From: Klebsiella phage vB_KM5a1-KLB24
Sequence record: PP554338.1
Reading direction: 5' to 3' (one strand)
DNA length: 40,194 nt
The notes beneath the pieces were generated by a model. That model had not been told where the DNA came from. It made no database searches and saw only the letters and a list, made by a program, of their open reading frames with translations. The position numbers and the translations under genes were made by a program. This document shows positions 28,197 through 37,307 of the stretch, one piece after another (the stretch's first letter is position 1; each line of letters starts with the position of its first letter).

Positions 28197-28841
28197 TTAG
28201 ATTGAATTCAATAGGAAGTTTTCGCGAATTTGCGCGCTCTTTGCGTCAATTTCGGTTTCAATTTTACGTGTATTTTCAGCGGAACGCAACGCCGAATTTG
28301 CCACATTATACGCCGGGAAAGTGACCGGACTAACATCAATCACCGATTCGATTTTGGTAATCGAACGGTAAACGGTATCACTTGCGGCATCGTATCGCCA
28401 TTCGTCGCCGTCCTCCGCGACAACAAAACGGAATGAGGATTTATCAACATCACCCCGGCGCATAACTTCAATTACCGTATCACGGATAAATTGAGTATCG
28501 GGGGGAGTGGTGGAATAAAATAATCCGCGTTCGGTAATTTCCAGTTTCAGAGTATTACCGGACATTGAACCTAAAACGATATCGTCGTTATGGTTCCATA
28601 CGGATTTGCACATAGAGAAATCTGCGCCGTCAAATGCCCCGGCCCGGATAGTCTCGACGAAATACCCCAAATTATCAGAAGGGGAGTTAAACACCGCCGC
28701 GTAACCTTCGATTTTCGGAAGTGGGTCATTTTCGCCACCAGCCGAAATCATCGCGGCCCGTAGTTCGTCAGTGGTGTTAAAGGTTCGAACCTCAACACCG
28801 CCCGATTTCAACTTTTCTTGTACTTCCTGAATTCGGCTCAT
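28197..28841 (-). CDS. Prohead protease (HK97 family, S78/U35)
   Basis: The N-terminal EGYAAVFNSPSDNLGYFVETIRAGAF block is typical, and the gene lies between portal and capsid. A motif copy lies within the coding sequence. Confidence 0.75.
   Translation of the reverse strand: MSRIQEVQEKLKSGGVEVRTFNTTDELRAAMISAGGENDPLPKIEGYAAVFNSPSDNLGYFVETIRAGAFDGADFSMCKSVWNHNDDIVLGSMSGNTLKLEITERGLFYSTTPPDTQFIRDTVIEVMRRGDVDKSSFRFVVAEDGDEWRYDAASDTVYRSITKIESVIDVSPVTFPAYNVANSALRSAENTRKIETEIDAKSAQIRENFLLNSI
28500..28515. repeat. Motif copy inside the prohead protease gene
   Basis: GGGGGGAGTGGTGGAA; encodes YSTTPPD in the same frame as the K copy. Confidence 0.65.
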
Positions 28842-30217
28842 TGGTTGCCCTCAATAGTCTGCCCGTTTGGATTTAGCGAATTATCGCCGCTTATACCCGA
28901 TTGGGTTACGCCGTTATCGCCATTATTCGCATTATCGCCGTTTTGGTTCGAGTTGTCACCCGGTTTAACGGCGTTAACCGAAATCATGTATTTATCCATA
29001 TCTTGCCCCTCGACGCGCGGCAACCCTTCGGACGTGCGAACCTCGTTACGGTTTTTCCATCCGTCAGTAACAGCGTAATGCGCAATTTGCGCACGTTCAA
29101 CGGGCGTTCCGCGAACTAAAACATCCATATCAAAATGAATTCCCAACCCTGAACGCAATTCCTTTTCCGTGAATACTTTCATATTCATTTCCATTTCAAT
29201 TGCGGTAATCCACGGTTGCAGGGTGTTACGAACAAACGAAATCGATTGTTGCGTAATGTTGGAATAGTTCGCTTTATCCAAATCACCAATTAAGTAAGCC
29301 GGAACATTATAAATCCCTGCCACTTCTGAACGCGTCATTTTCGAAGATTCGATAAATTGCGCATCAATAGGCGAAATCGAAATAGCGGAATACGTCACAT
29401 CGGCAGGAAGGAAAATAACACGGTTATTTGAATCCGCCTCTTGCGCCGCCTTGCGCCACGTCGATTTAAGGTTATTCATTGAATCGCCGTTAAGGTTGCC
29501 ACCCTTAACGCCAACAACGCCCGAAGGTTTACCGCCCGAACCGAAGAAATTCGCGCCGTAGTCCTGCGCATCCAAACCCATTTTAATTAATTGGGCGTGT
29601 AACTGAATGGGCGAAATACCCTTTCGGCCCTTATTACCTAATGCGCGAATATGAAACATTTCGTCGGGGAAAATAACGTAGCTTTCGCCCTCGTCGTCGG
29701 TTGCCTGATATGTCCAGCGACCACGCCCGGTATTATACATCCCCACCGCTTTAGCATCGAACCACTTAAACCCCAAAAGGTCGCCGCGTCGCGTTGATTC
29801 AACTTTCAGATATCCGTTCCCATCAGTCAGAACGTCAATCATTAAAAGCTGTTTCAGCAAAAACGGCGATTGCCAATCGTTAGGCTTATTATTTAAAAGA
29901 AATGTCGCGTCGTGGTTTTCGACCAATTTCACGTCATTCCCTTTGGTTTGCTTTACCTCCACGGGCATCATCGCGATATTCGACGCGATACGGTCAACGC
30001 AAGCATAGACCGCCGAAAGGGAAAGCGCCGTTGTACGGTTCACCACGCGACCGCCACCACGCGTTAGCATGGTTGCGAACGCCTCCGGTTCTTCCGCCTG
30101 GCTAATCGCTTGCCCGTCATTGGTCAGCAAAACCAAATCGTCGCCGGATTCCCCTTCGATTTCCAGCCCCGAACCGCTTCGGCTTTCTGATTTCCAGAAT
30201 TTCAGTTTGTCAAACAT
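28838..30217 (-). CDS. Portal protein (HK97-like)
   Basis: 459 aa, immediately downstream of TerL, with an acidic/Gly-Asn-rich C-terminal tail. Confidence 0.8.
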   Translation of the reverse strand: MFDKLKFWKSESRSGSGLEIEGESGDDLVLLTNDGQAISQAEEPEAFATMLTRGGGRVVNRTTALSLSAVYACVDRIASNIAMMPVEVKQTKGNDVKLVENHDATFLLNNKPNDWQSPFLLKQLLMIDVLTDGNGYLKVESTRRGDLLGFKWFDAKAVGMYNTGRGRWTYQATDDEGESYVIFPDEMFHIRALGNKGRKGISPIQLHAQLIKMGLDAQDYGANFFGSGGKPSGVVGVKGGNLNGDSMNNLKSTWRKAAQEADSNNRVIFLPADVTYSAISISPIDAQFIESSKMTRSEVAGIYNVPAYLIGDLDKANYSNITQQSISFVRNTLQPWITAIEMEMNMKVFTEKELRSGLGIHFDMDVLVRGTPVERAQIAHYAVTDGWKNRNEVRTSEGLPRVEGQDMDKYMISVNAVKPGDNSNQNGDNANNGDNGVTQSGISGDNSLNPNGQTIEGNQ

Positions 30218-30238
30218 TCATGTTTTCCCCTTGCAAGG

Positions 30239-32107
30239 TTAGAGCGTTCCCCACTCGTCGGGGTCGGCCTCCGGGATTATAACATCTGTAATATACCTAA
30301 CGATACGGGAAATCGCGTTAAATGTCGCGGCTGGCCCATCAATTTTGTTTTCCAACGACGATTTATCGGGAAAGATGTTATTGTTCTTATCCGGTTTAAC
30401 CTGAACGTTCGCCAACATCCAATCGAATACTAAATTATGGTCGTGATGGAATTTGCCAGCAAAAACTAATTCCTGAAATTTTACCATCGCTTCATTTAGG
30501 TTTTTCACGGTTTGAGTAACTTCGACAATCTGATAACCGCGACCATTCATCGCAAGCGCGAATTGCGTTGCTTGCCACGGGTCGTAAGCAAGTTCTTTGA
30601 AATATTCTTTATCTTCCTCAATCCATGCGGATAAATCTTCCTCAATTTCTTTATGGTCGATTACGTCGCCTTCGGTTAATTTCAGCAATCCGCGTTCGGC
30701 GAATCCTTTATATAACTCCGCTTGCGATTTTGAGCATGATTTTAAACGGCCTTCCGGCAACCAGAATTTGCAGCGTAAAACGGCATGGTCTTTTGCTGGC
30801 CCGTCCATTACGTAATAAACTTTTACCGCTGCGCATAAGTCGATTTTATTCGACAAATCCACGCCAACCCAATAAGGGATTTTTAACGGTTTCGCGTTTT
30901 TCAGTTGCGACCATCTAATCATATCCATCCACGCCGACGCACCAGACACAAAGATATTACAATGTTTGGTCATAAAGTTGGCGCGCGCGTCCACCGCTTG
31001 TTTTGCTTTTTCGGCCTGTTCGCGCATTGTCTTTAATGCCTTACTAGCGCCTAACCCCGGATTCGCTTTATACCACTGACTTTCATCATATTCATTATCG
31101 TTATCCTCTATACTTTCAAATTCAGTATCGAGCGTATAAAAAAGGAAGAAAAACGAATCGCCAACATTTTTGGAAGCGAGGCGCAAAATCATTTTGCCGT
31201 AATCGCGCAATTCGGCGCAAATACCATTAAGGATAACGCCAGCGGTTGAAATTGCCAAAATGAGCGGTTGACGGCGTGAACCCGTCGCGGTTTCCAGAAC
31301 GTCGAAAAGGTCGCGTGATTTCATCGCGTGGATTTCGTCGAGAATTCCGCAATGGATGTTCAGCCCGTCGAGGCTATCCGCTTCCGATGCAAGCGGAACG
31401 AATTTCGAATAACTCTCAACATGGAAAATTGACAGTTTCGCGGTTTTAATGATTTCCTTCAATTCGGGCGATTTCTCGACCATTTGTTTTGCATCGTCAA
31501 AAACGATTCGGGCTTGGTCGCGTTTCGTTGCAGCGGAATAAACTTCCGAACCGCCTTCGCCGTCAAAGCACATCATATATAAACCGATTCCCGTTGCTAG
31601 GAACGATTTAGCGTTTTTACGCGCAACCAGAATTAACGCGGTAGAGAATCGGCGAACGTATACATCGTGATATGTGTAAGAATCGGTTTCCTCGTCGTAT
31701 TCTTCATCCTGTATAATTTCGCCTGTTTCGTCGTCGCGTAATGGCTTAATAAAGCCGAACAGGTTAACGAGAATAAAGATATGCCAATCCATCAAATCAA
31801 CGGGGTCGCCCGCTTTAACTTTAACCGACGCTTTAACGTGAACCAAATAAGTTTCGAAAAAACGCAATACATGTTCGGCGCGTTCAATGGAAAATTCTAA
31901 ATCGTCGTCCGGGTCGTCACAACGAGCCAAATCATTTAGAAATCTTTCGCAAGCCGAAATTATCCATTGCGCGGCTTTTCGTTTTCGCTCCACCACTTCG
32001 GTTGCATATTGAACAGCATCGCCAACCGTCGCCGTTCCATTTGGCACTAATCGGCAAAACGTAAATTGTTCGGCTGGTGGGTTTTTATCAATATCTAATT
32101 TAATCAT
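30239..32107 (-). CDS. terL: Terminase large subunit (Terminase_1 family)
   Basis: 622 aa. Deviant Walker A VARKNAKSF (HK97-type PRKNGKT) and a C-terminal nuclease region. Confidence 0.85.
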   Translation of the reverse strand: MIKLDIDKNPPAEQFTFCRLVPNGTATVGDAVQYATEVVERKRKAAQWIISACERFLNDLARCDDPDDDLEFSIERAEHVLRFFETYLVHVKASVKVKAGDPVDLMDWHIFILVNLFGFIKPLRDDETGEIIQDEEYDEETDSYTYHDVYVRRFSTALILVARKNAKSFLATGIGLYMMCFDGEGGSEVYSAATKRDQARIVFDDAKQMVEKSPELKEIIKTAKLSIFHVESYSKFVPLASEADSLDGLNIHCGILDEIHAMKSRDLFDVLETATGSRRQPLILAISTAGVILNGICAELRDYGKMILRLASKNVGDSFFFLFYTLDTEFESIEDNDNEYDESQWYKANPGLGASKALKTMREQAEKAKQAVDARANFMTKHCNIFVSGASAWMDMIRWSQLKNAKPLKIPYWVGVDLSNKIDLCAAVKVYYVMDGPAKDHAVLRCKFWLPEGRLKSCSKSQAELYKGFAERGLLKLTEGDVIDHKEIEEDLSAWIEEDKEYFKELAYDPWQATQFALAMNGRGYQIVEVTQTVKNLNEAMVKFQELVFAGKFHHDHNLVFDWMLANVQVKPDKNNNIFPDKSSLENKIDGPAATFNAISRIVRYITDVIIPEADPDEWGTL

Positions 32108-32126
32108 TATTTAAATCCCTGAAATG

Positions 32127-32147
32127 CGGGGGGAGTGGTGGAACCCC
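32127..32147. repeat. Motif copy in the loop of a GGGGG/CCCCC hairpin, 20 nt upstream of the TerL ATG
   Basis: GGGGGGAGTGGTGGAACCCCC. Confidence 0.7.
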
Positions 32148-32648
32148 CTATTTGCGGCCCGGTCGTCTTTGCATATCTGCGATTGGGTCTTTTTTCTTGC
32201 CCGGTAGTTTTACTTTCATTCGGCTTGCTGGCGTCCATCCGAATTGCGTTAATAGCGCAACCACGCGCGTAAACGCCGCATCTAAAATACCGACTTCGGG
32301 ATAAATGTTCGATTTTACGTTACCTTCTTTATCTTCGGTTTCGTAACTGTAACCGTTGCGTTCGATAAATTCGTAACATTCGCGATAGTGCTGATATTTG
32401 GTAATTAACAGTTCTAACGCTAAATCGTCCATTTGCGTTAATACTTCCATCCCCGCCATTTTTTCGGCAATTTCGACATACCACTTTTGCGCGCTCTCAT
32501 TCATCCACGCGGGCGGCGTGATAGTTTCGCCCGGTTCAATCTTAACGTAATCCGGCGTTTCCTCCTGTAGTTGCTTTAGGTTCTCTTTACTTGGATTGTT
32601 AGCAAGCAATTTAAGCGCTAACGGTGTTGCAGGGCGACCACCAGCCAT
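32148..32648 (-). CDS. terS: Terminase small subunit, P27 family (start reassigned to MAGGRPATP behind a perfect AGGAGGT Shine-Dalgarno sequence)
   Basis: The GRPATPLALKLLANNP motif is typical of P27-family TerS. The track ORF extends upstream from a TTG, which is unlikely. Confidence 0.7.
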   Translation of the reverse strand: MAGGRPATPLALKLLANNPSKENLKQLQEETPDYVKIEPGETITPPAWMNESAQKWYVEIAEKMAGMEVLTQMDDLALELLITKYQHYRECYEFIERNGYSYETEDKEGNVKSNIYPEVGILDAAFTRVVALLTQFGWTPASRMKVKLPGKKKDPIADMQRRPGRK

Positions 32649-32718
32649 TTTTAAACCTCCTATATGATAAAGGCCCATCATAACGCGACGGGCCTTATTT
32701 ATAAAGCGGTTGTGTGTG

Positions 32719-33138
32719 TCAGCCGCCGAAAATCCAGTGGGCCGCAATAGTGATGATTGCGACCACCAGCAAAATGGAGCAAATAATTAAATCGCGGGCG
32801 GTAATGGTCGGCCCGTCGTCGGTTTCCGATACTTCGGGAATCCGTTCAATACGGCCCGTTTTGCTTTTTTGGATGTACCACGGCGAACCCGGAATTTTTA
32901 TAAATTCACTGTTACCAATATCTATTCTATGTGAACAATATCGACACTCGATTTTAATCAATACGCCGTTTTGACGATAAACGCGATAATCATGCTCCAT
33001 ATTAATGACGGGGCACAATTCAACGGCTGGCGGCGTAAACACTGGTTCGGGAATTCCATTATTAAGAATCTCGAATTCTTTAACGCCCGGTACTGGCTCC
33101 CCATCCATGAATAACTTACACCCTTTTAATTCAGTCAT
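32719..33138 (-). CDS. Hypothetical protein with a C-terminal transmembrane helix
   Basis: 139 aa with a hydrophobic C-terminus (ICSILLVVAIITIAAHWIF). Confidence 0.4.
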   Translation of the reverse strand: MTELKGCKLFMDGEPVPGVKEFEILNNGIPEPVFTPPAVELCPVINMEHDYRVYRQNGVLIKIECRYCSHRIDIGNSEFIKIPGSPWYIQKSKTGRIERIPEVSETDDGPTITARDLIICSILLVVAIITIAAHWIFGG

Positions 33139-33151
33139 TATTAATTACCCC

Positions 33152-33349
33152 TTATTTGAATATAGCGTATACGACGTTACCAACTAACATCGCAATAGTG
33201 ATAACGGCGATAATAGCGATTAGTGCAAGCGCACCATATGGCGTGTTATCGGGGCGTTGTGGCATTGGTGCAAAGCAGTGAATACAGTAGCGGCTAATCT
33301 CGCTAGACTTCTCCCCGCACTCTTTACATTTAACGTCATGGATAATCAT
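33152..33349 (-). CDS. Small zinc-ribbon membrane protein
   Basis: 65 aa with CKECG...CIHC, then a transmembrane segment. Confidence 0.4.
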   Translation of the reverse strand: MIIHDVKCKECGEKSSEISRYCIHCFAPMPQRPDNTPYGALALIAIIAVITIAMLVGNVVYAIFK

Positions 33350-33687
33350 TCGTTGTACTCCTTAATCTCAATTACGGCGATACACTCCGACGGGGATTCG
33401 ATACCGCGAACCACATCGCACCCATCGACTGAAAGACAATTGCACATAGAACAGTAATTGCGGTTATGCCAGCAGTGCAACGCCACCGCATACCCATCAC
33501 AACGACCACCACCCCAACGGTGAGGGAACGAATACGCATCGCAACAACAAACTAACTGTTTGCCGTTATGGTATGGCGCGACGTTATTCGAATTCACAAT
33601 ATCACCTCGAAGCATTGAAAAATATTTGTCGAAATCGTGAAAAAAGTCATTTCGAGACTTGACAGGGGGAGGAATTTCGGAATTCAT
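33346..33687 (-). CDS. Cys-rich hypothetical protein (11 Cys)
   Basis: 113 aa. There is no Shine-Dalgarno sequence; the ATG sits directly after CCACCCCCACCCCCGG. Confidence 0.35.
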   Translation of the reverse strand: MNSEIPPPVKSRNDFFHDFDKYFSMLRGDIVNSNNVAPYHNGKQLVCCCDAYSFPHRWGGGRCDGYAVALHCWHNRNYCSMCNCLSVDGCDVVRGIESPSECIAVIEIKEYNE

Positions 33688-33823
33688 CCGGGGGTGGGGG
33701 TGGCTGAATCACGAATTCCCTTCCTTTCTGCTATCGTCTGCCTCCCTCTTTGTGCGCATCCGGGAAACTCACGTTCGATTTTGGAAAGTCGCGCACAAAT
33801 TGGGAATTTAACATTTTCGTTCA

Positions 33824-34168
33824 CTATTCTTTTGCGGTTTTAGCATTATGGCACGTTTCACAAAGTAATTGCAAGTTGTCTAAATCCCAAATCGCACCAC
33901 CTTGCGAAACTGGTTTTATGTGGTCAACGTGATTTCCCGGAACTAACACCCCTTTGGATTTGCAACCCTCGCATAATCCGAAAGCCTTACGAATTACGAC
34001 AATTCGAATTTTCTTCCATCGGGTAGATTGATAAAAGCGGTTCGGGTTTTCAGTCTGGTATGTCTCCCACCCTTTATTTTTGTGCTTAGTGCAATAGCCA
34101 TTGTTGGCGCTGGTGGCTATTCCCGAACAGCCGTTTACGCGGCATTGTCTACCCGGTAGGCTAGGCAT
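33824..34168 (-). CDS. HNH endonuclease (terminase-associated)
   Basis: HNH motif VDHIKP...NLQLLCETCHNAKT. Its position upstream of TerS/TerL is typical of HK97-like cos packaging. Confidence 0.8.
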   Translation of the reverse strand: MPSLPGRQCRVNGCSGIATSANNGYCTKHKNKGWETYQTENPNRFYQSTRWKKIRIVVIRKAFGLCEGCKSKGVLVPGNHVDHIKPVSQGGAIWDLDNLQLLCETCHNAKTAKE

Positions 34169-34499
34169 TTTTACGGAATCCTGTTTCGTGGTCGAATCCC
34201 AAAAGGGTACATAAGCGCATTAAATGAACAACCGGAATCGCCCGTTCGTCACTGGAGCGCCATACACGAACGGTCTGTTCCTTAACATCCAGCAACGCGG
34301 CAATGTCGCGCGTCCTGATTCCCGTTTGCCTTTGGATGCGGGATAACCACGCCCGCCGCTTATGCCCCGGAATGCGATTCTTATTCAGAGTTAGCCGCGT
34401 GACTAACTCCCTTTCTGAAATAAAATAACCGCCCTCGACTTTCTTCATTTGTAAACCCCTTTTCCGTAATAGTTGATTCAAAATAAGTTTTATCAACAT
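34161..34499 (-). CDS. HTH DNA-binding protein (possible regulator or packaging-associated)
   Basis: 112 aa, basic, with a helix-turn-helix-like TRDIAALLDVKEQTVRVW. Confidence 0.45.
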   Translation of the reverse strand: MLIKLILNQLLRKRGLQMKKVEGGYFISERELVTRLTLNKNRIPGHKRRAWLSRIQRQTGIRTRDIAALLDVKEQTVRVWRSSDERAIPVVHLMRLCTLLGFDHETGFRKNA

Positions 34500-34510
34500 T
34501 ACCGGAAATA

Positions 34511-34545
34511 AAAAAGGGCGGCAAGTTTTTTACACTTTGCCGCCC
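34511..34545 (-). terminator. Strong intrinsic terminator (10-bp GGGCGGCAAG stem + T5 in minus sense) after the lysis cassette
   Basis: In minus sense: GGGCGGCAAAGTGTAAAAAACTTGCCGCCCTTTTT, directly after the Rz1 stop. Confidence 0.65.
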
Positions 34546-34581
34546 TTAGTCCGGTTGCCAATCGAGGCATTTACAACGATA

Positions 34582-34851
34582 TCACTTCGGAACAGACCAT
34601 TCAACAAGTTTCTGATAACGCGCCCAACATTCTAAATACATTCGCGAAATAATATCGATATGGGAAATTAATTCCCCGCCGTTTGCACCGTCCGGCGATT
34701 TCGGGCGGAGTGGTGGAATCGGTAAACAGTCAATTGTTATTGATTTCGGCGGGCGTCTTTCCGGCGTATTTATTGATTTGCTGCAACCCGTCATTATCAG
34801 AACAGACAATATTATAAACAGGACGTTTCTTAATTTCATTAAGTTGACCAT
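34582..34851 (-). CDS. Rz1: o-spanin (Rz1-like outer-membrane lipoprotein), embedded in the +1 frame of Rz
   Basis: Lipobox LIMTGC and a Pro-rich mature region. It overlaps the 3' part of the Rz-like gene. Confidence 0.6.
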   Translation of the reverse strand: MVNLMKLRNVLFIILSVLIMTGCSKSINTPERRPPKSITIDCLPIPPLRPKSPDGANGGELISHIDIISRMYLECWARYQKLVEWSVPK

Positions 34852-35116
34852 TTATTGTTATCCCCATTTTGGATAATTTAGATAATATTTCCGCTAATCC
34901 GTACTGAATTTCATTGTCGCGGTCGCGGTCTTGCTGCAATTTCGCCAATTTATCGGCGTTTTCTTTATTGATTTTGTCAATTTCTGCCTTGTTATCCTTC
35001 TTAATTTTCACAATTTCACGGTTCAATTCCACCACTTCCCCGCCTTTTTTGACTCCATAGACGACGGCGGAAACGCCTAAAATCGCAAATACGATACTAA
35101 TAATGATTGCTCTCAT
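34730..35116 (-). CDS. Rz: i-spanin (Rz-like)
   Basis: N-terminal transmembrane helix, then a long charged coiled-coil (KIKKDNKAEIDKINKENADKLAKLQQDRD). Confidence 0.6.
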   Translation of the reverse strand: MRAIIISIVFAILGVSAVVYGVKKGGEVVELNREIVKIKKDNKAEIDKINKENADKLAKLQQDRDRDNEIQYGLAEILSKLSKMGITINGQLNEIKKRPVYNIVCSDNDGLQQINKYAGKTPAEINNN

Positions 35117-35149
35117 ACGAAAAAACCGGGATTTCTCCCGGCCTCCTTA

Positions 35150-35827
35150 TCAAAGATTGTTTCGTTTTCGATATTCCTGATACTTTTTAATACGGTAAAA
35201 CAGAATATCGCGCGGGTAATCACGGTTAATTTCAAAGGCTGAACGCCCGTACCCCTGCCATTTCTGGCGCGATTTGTTCGACGTGTTTTCAACGTGTCCA
35301 AACCACTTGCGGGGGTCGCAACCATCCGTGTTTTTACAAATTAGCTTATCGGAAATTACCCCACCACGACCGCCGTTATAACATGCCAACATGAACGCTT
35401 GCGAATCCACCAGCGACGCGGAATCAGGAAACAAACATACCCTATCCATTGCCAGTAATGCTAAAATCTGATTTTCAGCATTAAACCGATTACCAAATTC
35501 CCAATCGGCTAAATCATCGTCGAGCGTCTTAACGTATTCAAAATTATTATAGCGCGGTGTGTTAGTCAATTGTCCTAAACCGAAACCATATTCACGCGCG
35601 GTTTTAAATTCGGTTTTAGGATTCCAACATTTCGGGGAGTTAACGCCGGGGCAAGTCTCTTTATCGATTTGCGCGGCGTATAACTCCCACGAAAAAGGGG
35701 CATTTTCCGAATTAACTTTATCCTTTAAAACTGGAATCCACAATTCGGCGTTCGGGTGTACTGCCGAATGACCGTATTTTGTGACCAGCGCTAAAAAGCA
35801 GGAAAAGAGAATTCGGCGCATCATCAT
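35150..35827 (-). CDS. Secreted endolysin (signal peptide; possibly lytic-transglycosylase-like)
   Basis: Sits between the holin and the spanins. N-terminal signal peptide MMMRRILFSCFLALVTKYGHSA, and EYGFGLGQLT resembles the SLT GLMQ motif. Confidence 0.5.
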   Translation of the reverse strand: MMMRRILFSCFLALVTKYGHSAVHPNAELWIPVLKDKVNSENAPFSWELYAAQIDKETCPGVNSPKCWNPKTEFKTAREYGFGLGQLTNTPRYNNFEYVKTLDDDLADWEFGNRFNAENQILALLAMDRVCLFPDSASLVDSQAFMLACYNGGRGGVISDKLICKNTDGCDPRKWFGHVENTSNKSRQKWQGYGRSAFEINRDYPRDILFYRIKKYQEYRKRNNL

Positions 35828-35830
35828 TTT

Positions 35831-36157
35831 TTACATCCCCATTATTTGCCCGGACATTTGAATAATGTCGCCGATGATTTGTAGAATACCGAAAATTACG
35901 ATTGCGCTTGCAATTGCATTTCCCTTTATCACCTGCGACAAATCATCAAGTCGTATTGTCGGGAAGATGATAACCAAAACACTGTAAGAAATGCAAAGAA
36001 CAACGCAAAGCCCGCCGATATAATTTACGATTGGCGCGATTTCTGGAAATCCGATATATCCGGGAAACCACTTCGCCAACCACATTAAAGAACTACCGAT
36101 TAACGCTAAAACGATGAATCTTGCAAACTCCTGAATCACAAATTTGATAAGGCGCAT
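35831..36157 (-). CDS. Holin (three predicted transmembrane segments)
   Basis: 108 aa with three hydrophobic helices, directly upstream of the endolysin. Confidence 0.55.
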   Translation of the reverse strand: MRLIKFVIQEFARFIVLALIGSSLMWLAKWFPGYIGFPEIAPIVNYIGGLCVVLCISYSVLVIIFPTIRLDDLSQVIKGNAIASAIVIFGILQIIGDIIQMSGQIMGM

Positions 36158-36220
36158 AAAAAAGCCCCCGTAGGTTAGTGGAGGCTTAAAGATACAAGAT
36201 TTATTTAATTCTTTCTATTA

Positions 36221-36739
36221 CTAAATTTGAATTCCCTTTCCGAATACCTCCGGCGACGTGTCCACGCTGTAGCGCTCCCGCGCCTCCTGCGCCCCGATAG
36301 CCCCGACGTAATACAACCATAAGCCCACCGCCTGAAACCAGCCGTAAGCGACGCCCACGGCGTAACCGCGCGCCCTTTGGTCGTCCATAAACGCTTTTTG
36401 CTTGTCGCTCACGCCATAGGAACCGTTGGGTTTTTTCATTTCGACGTATAGGCCCGCGTAGAGCGCGTCACGGCCTCCGGGATGTTTGGCAGGGTGAAGC
36501 ATAGGAACGCCGTGAAAAACGTCGCAAACGCCCGCTTTTACGCCTTCCATCTTCATATTTGCCGCCTCGACACGGTTACGCGTTCCGCCGTTCGGAATCG
36601 CGTAGCATGACGGATAGAAATTCCGCCATTCCATGCGGAGGAATTCGAAATAACAAACCTGATGAAAATGTTCGTCGGCGTTGTCGTAGTTAATTGACGG
36701 GAACGGATAACGCTCACGAAATGAAATTGCGACCGCCAT
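36221..36739 (-). CDS. VRR-NUC domain nuclease
   Basis: IPNGG...GVKAGVCDV...LYVEMKKPNG matches the VRR-NUC PD-(D/E)XK pattern. Confidence 0.6.
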   Translation of the reverse strand: MAVAISFRERYPFPSINYDNADEHFHQVCYFEFLRMEWRNFYPSCYAIPNGGTRNRVEAANMKMEGVKAGVCDVFHGVPMLHPAKHPGGRDALYAGLYVEMKKPNGSYGVSDKQKAFMDDQRARGYAVGVAYGWFQAVGLWLYYVGAIGAQEARERYSVDTSPEVFGKGIQI

Positions 36740-37215
36740 TATAAACCCCCTTCCGTTGGTGCGTACAAATCGACAAATTCGTTAGTCTGCCAAACGCCCA
36801 CAGCGTGAATATCTTTAATTACTGGCATATGTGCGGATTGCGTACCCTTCGAAATCTTCATTTCGAATTTAATGGTTGCCACCGTTTCAGGATGGAAGAT
36901 GTTTAATCCCAAAACGCGAATAAACAATTCGTAATCTTTTTTATCTTGCATGAACAGTTTTTTGTAATCGTCCATTGAATAGAATTGTTCGATAATGACG
37001 CGACGGTTAGAAACGTAAACTTTCGCTTTAACCGCGTCATGTTCCGGCGCTGGCTCGATACGCATCGCGCAAGCGTAAGAACCTGAAACCAGTTCGGCGG
37101 CGTTGTCGTTCCCGGTTCCTTTGTCGCGGGTGTATTCTTTGATAACCTTCTCTAACGCACCCTCTAAAACCTTGCAACGCGTCTTTAGCCCTTCAACTTC
37201 CTGAATCAAATTCAT
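36739..37215 (-). CDS. Hypothetical protein (first gene after the control region)
   Basis: 158 aa; GAGGGT Shine-Dalgarno sequence. Confidence 0.45.
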   Translation of the reverse strand: MNLIQEVEGLKTRCKVLEGALEKVIKEYTRDKGTGNDNAAELVSGSYACAMRIEPAPEHDAVKAKVYVSNRRVIIEQFYSMDDYKKLFMQDKKDYELFIRVLGLNIFHPETVATIKFEMKISKGTQSAHMPVIKDIHAVGVWQTNEFVDLYAPTEGGL

Positions 37216-37273
37216 GGTTTACCCTCGATTGGTTTTACCGTAATGGCGAATTGTTCCACCACTCCCGCCGATG

Positions 37274-37302
37274 ATTATCTAACAATTTCCGCGTTTCCGC
37301 AA
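37274..37302 (-). promoter_or_regulatory. Candidate sigma70-like promoter TTGCGG-N17-GATAAT (minus sense) with tandem TACACCCC repeats upstream
   Basis: Hexamers at correct spacing. GGGGTGTATAA / GGGGGTGTAAAAA (37308-37331) lies at about -40 to -65. A motif copy (37254-37269) lies at about +1 to +20. Confidence 0.35.
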
Positions 37303-37307
37303 TTGTT

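Noticed and set aside
32649-32747. Long N-terminal extension of TerS in the ORF track (TTG start)
   Set aside because: An internal ATG sits behind a perfect AGGAGGT Shine-Dalgarno sequence and yields the canonical P27-family N-terminus (MAGGRPATP).
33666-33704. G-run cluster GGGGGAGG...GGGGGTGGGGGTGG as a functional G-quadruplex
   Set aside because: G4 potential is visible, but there is no way to assess formation or function here, so it is noted only within the small Cys-rich / membrane ORF cluster finding (32719-33823).
33688-33823. Possible tRNA or small RNA in the 136-nt gap downstream of the HNH gene
   Set aside because: Only a weak T-loop-like GTTCGATTTTGG was found, with no acceptor or anticodon arms. 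I cannot support a tRNA call, so it is kept only as an unusual leader in the findings.
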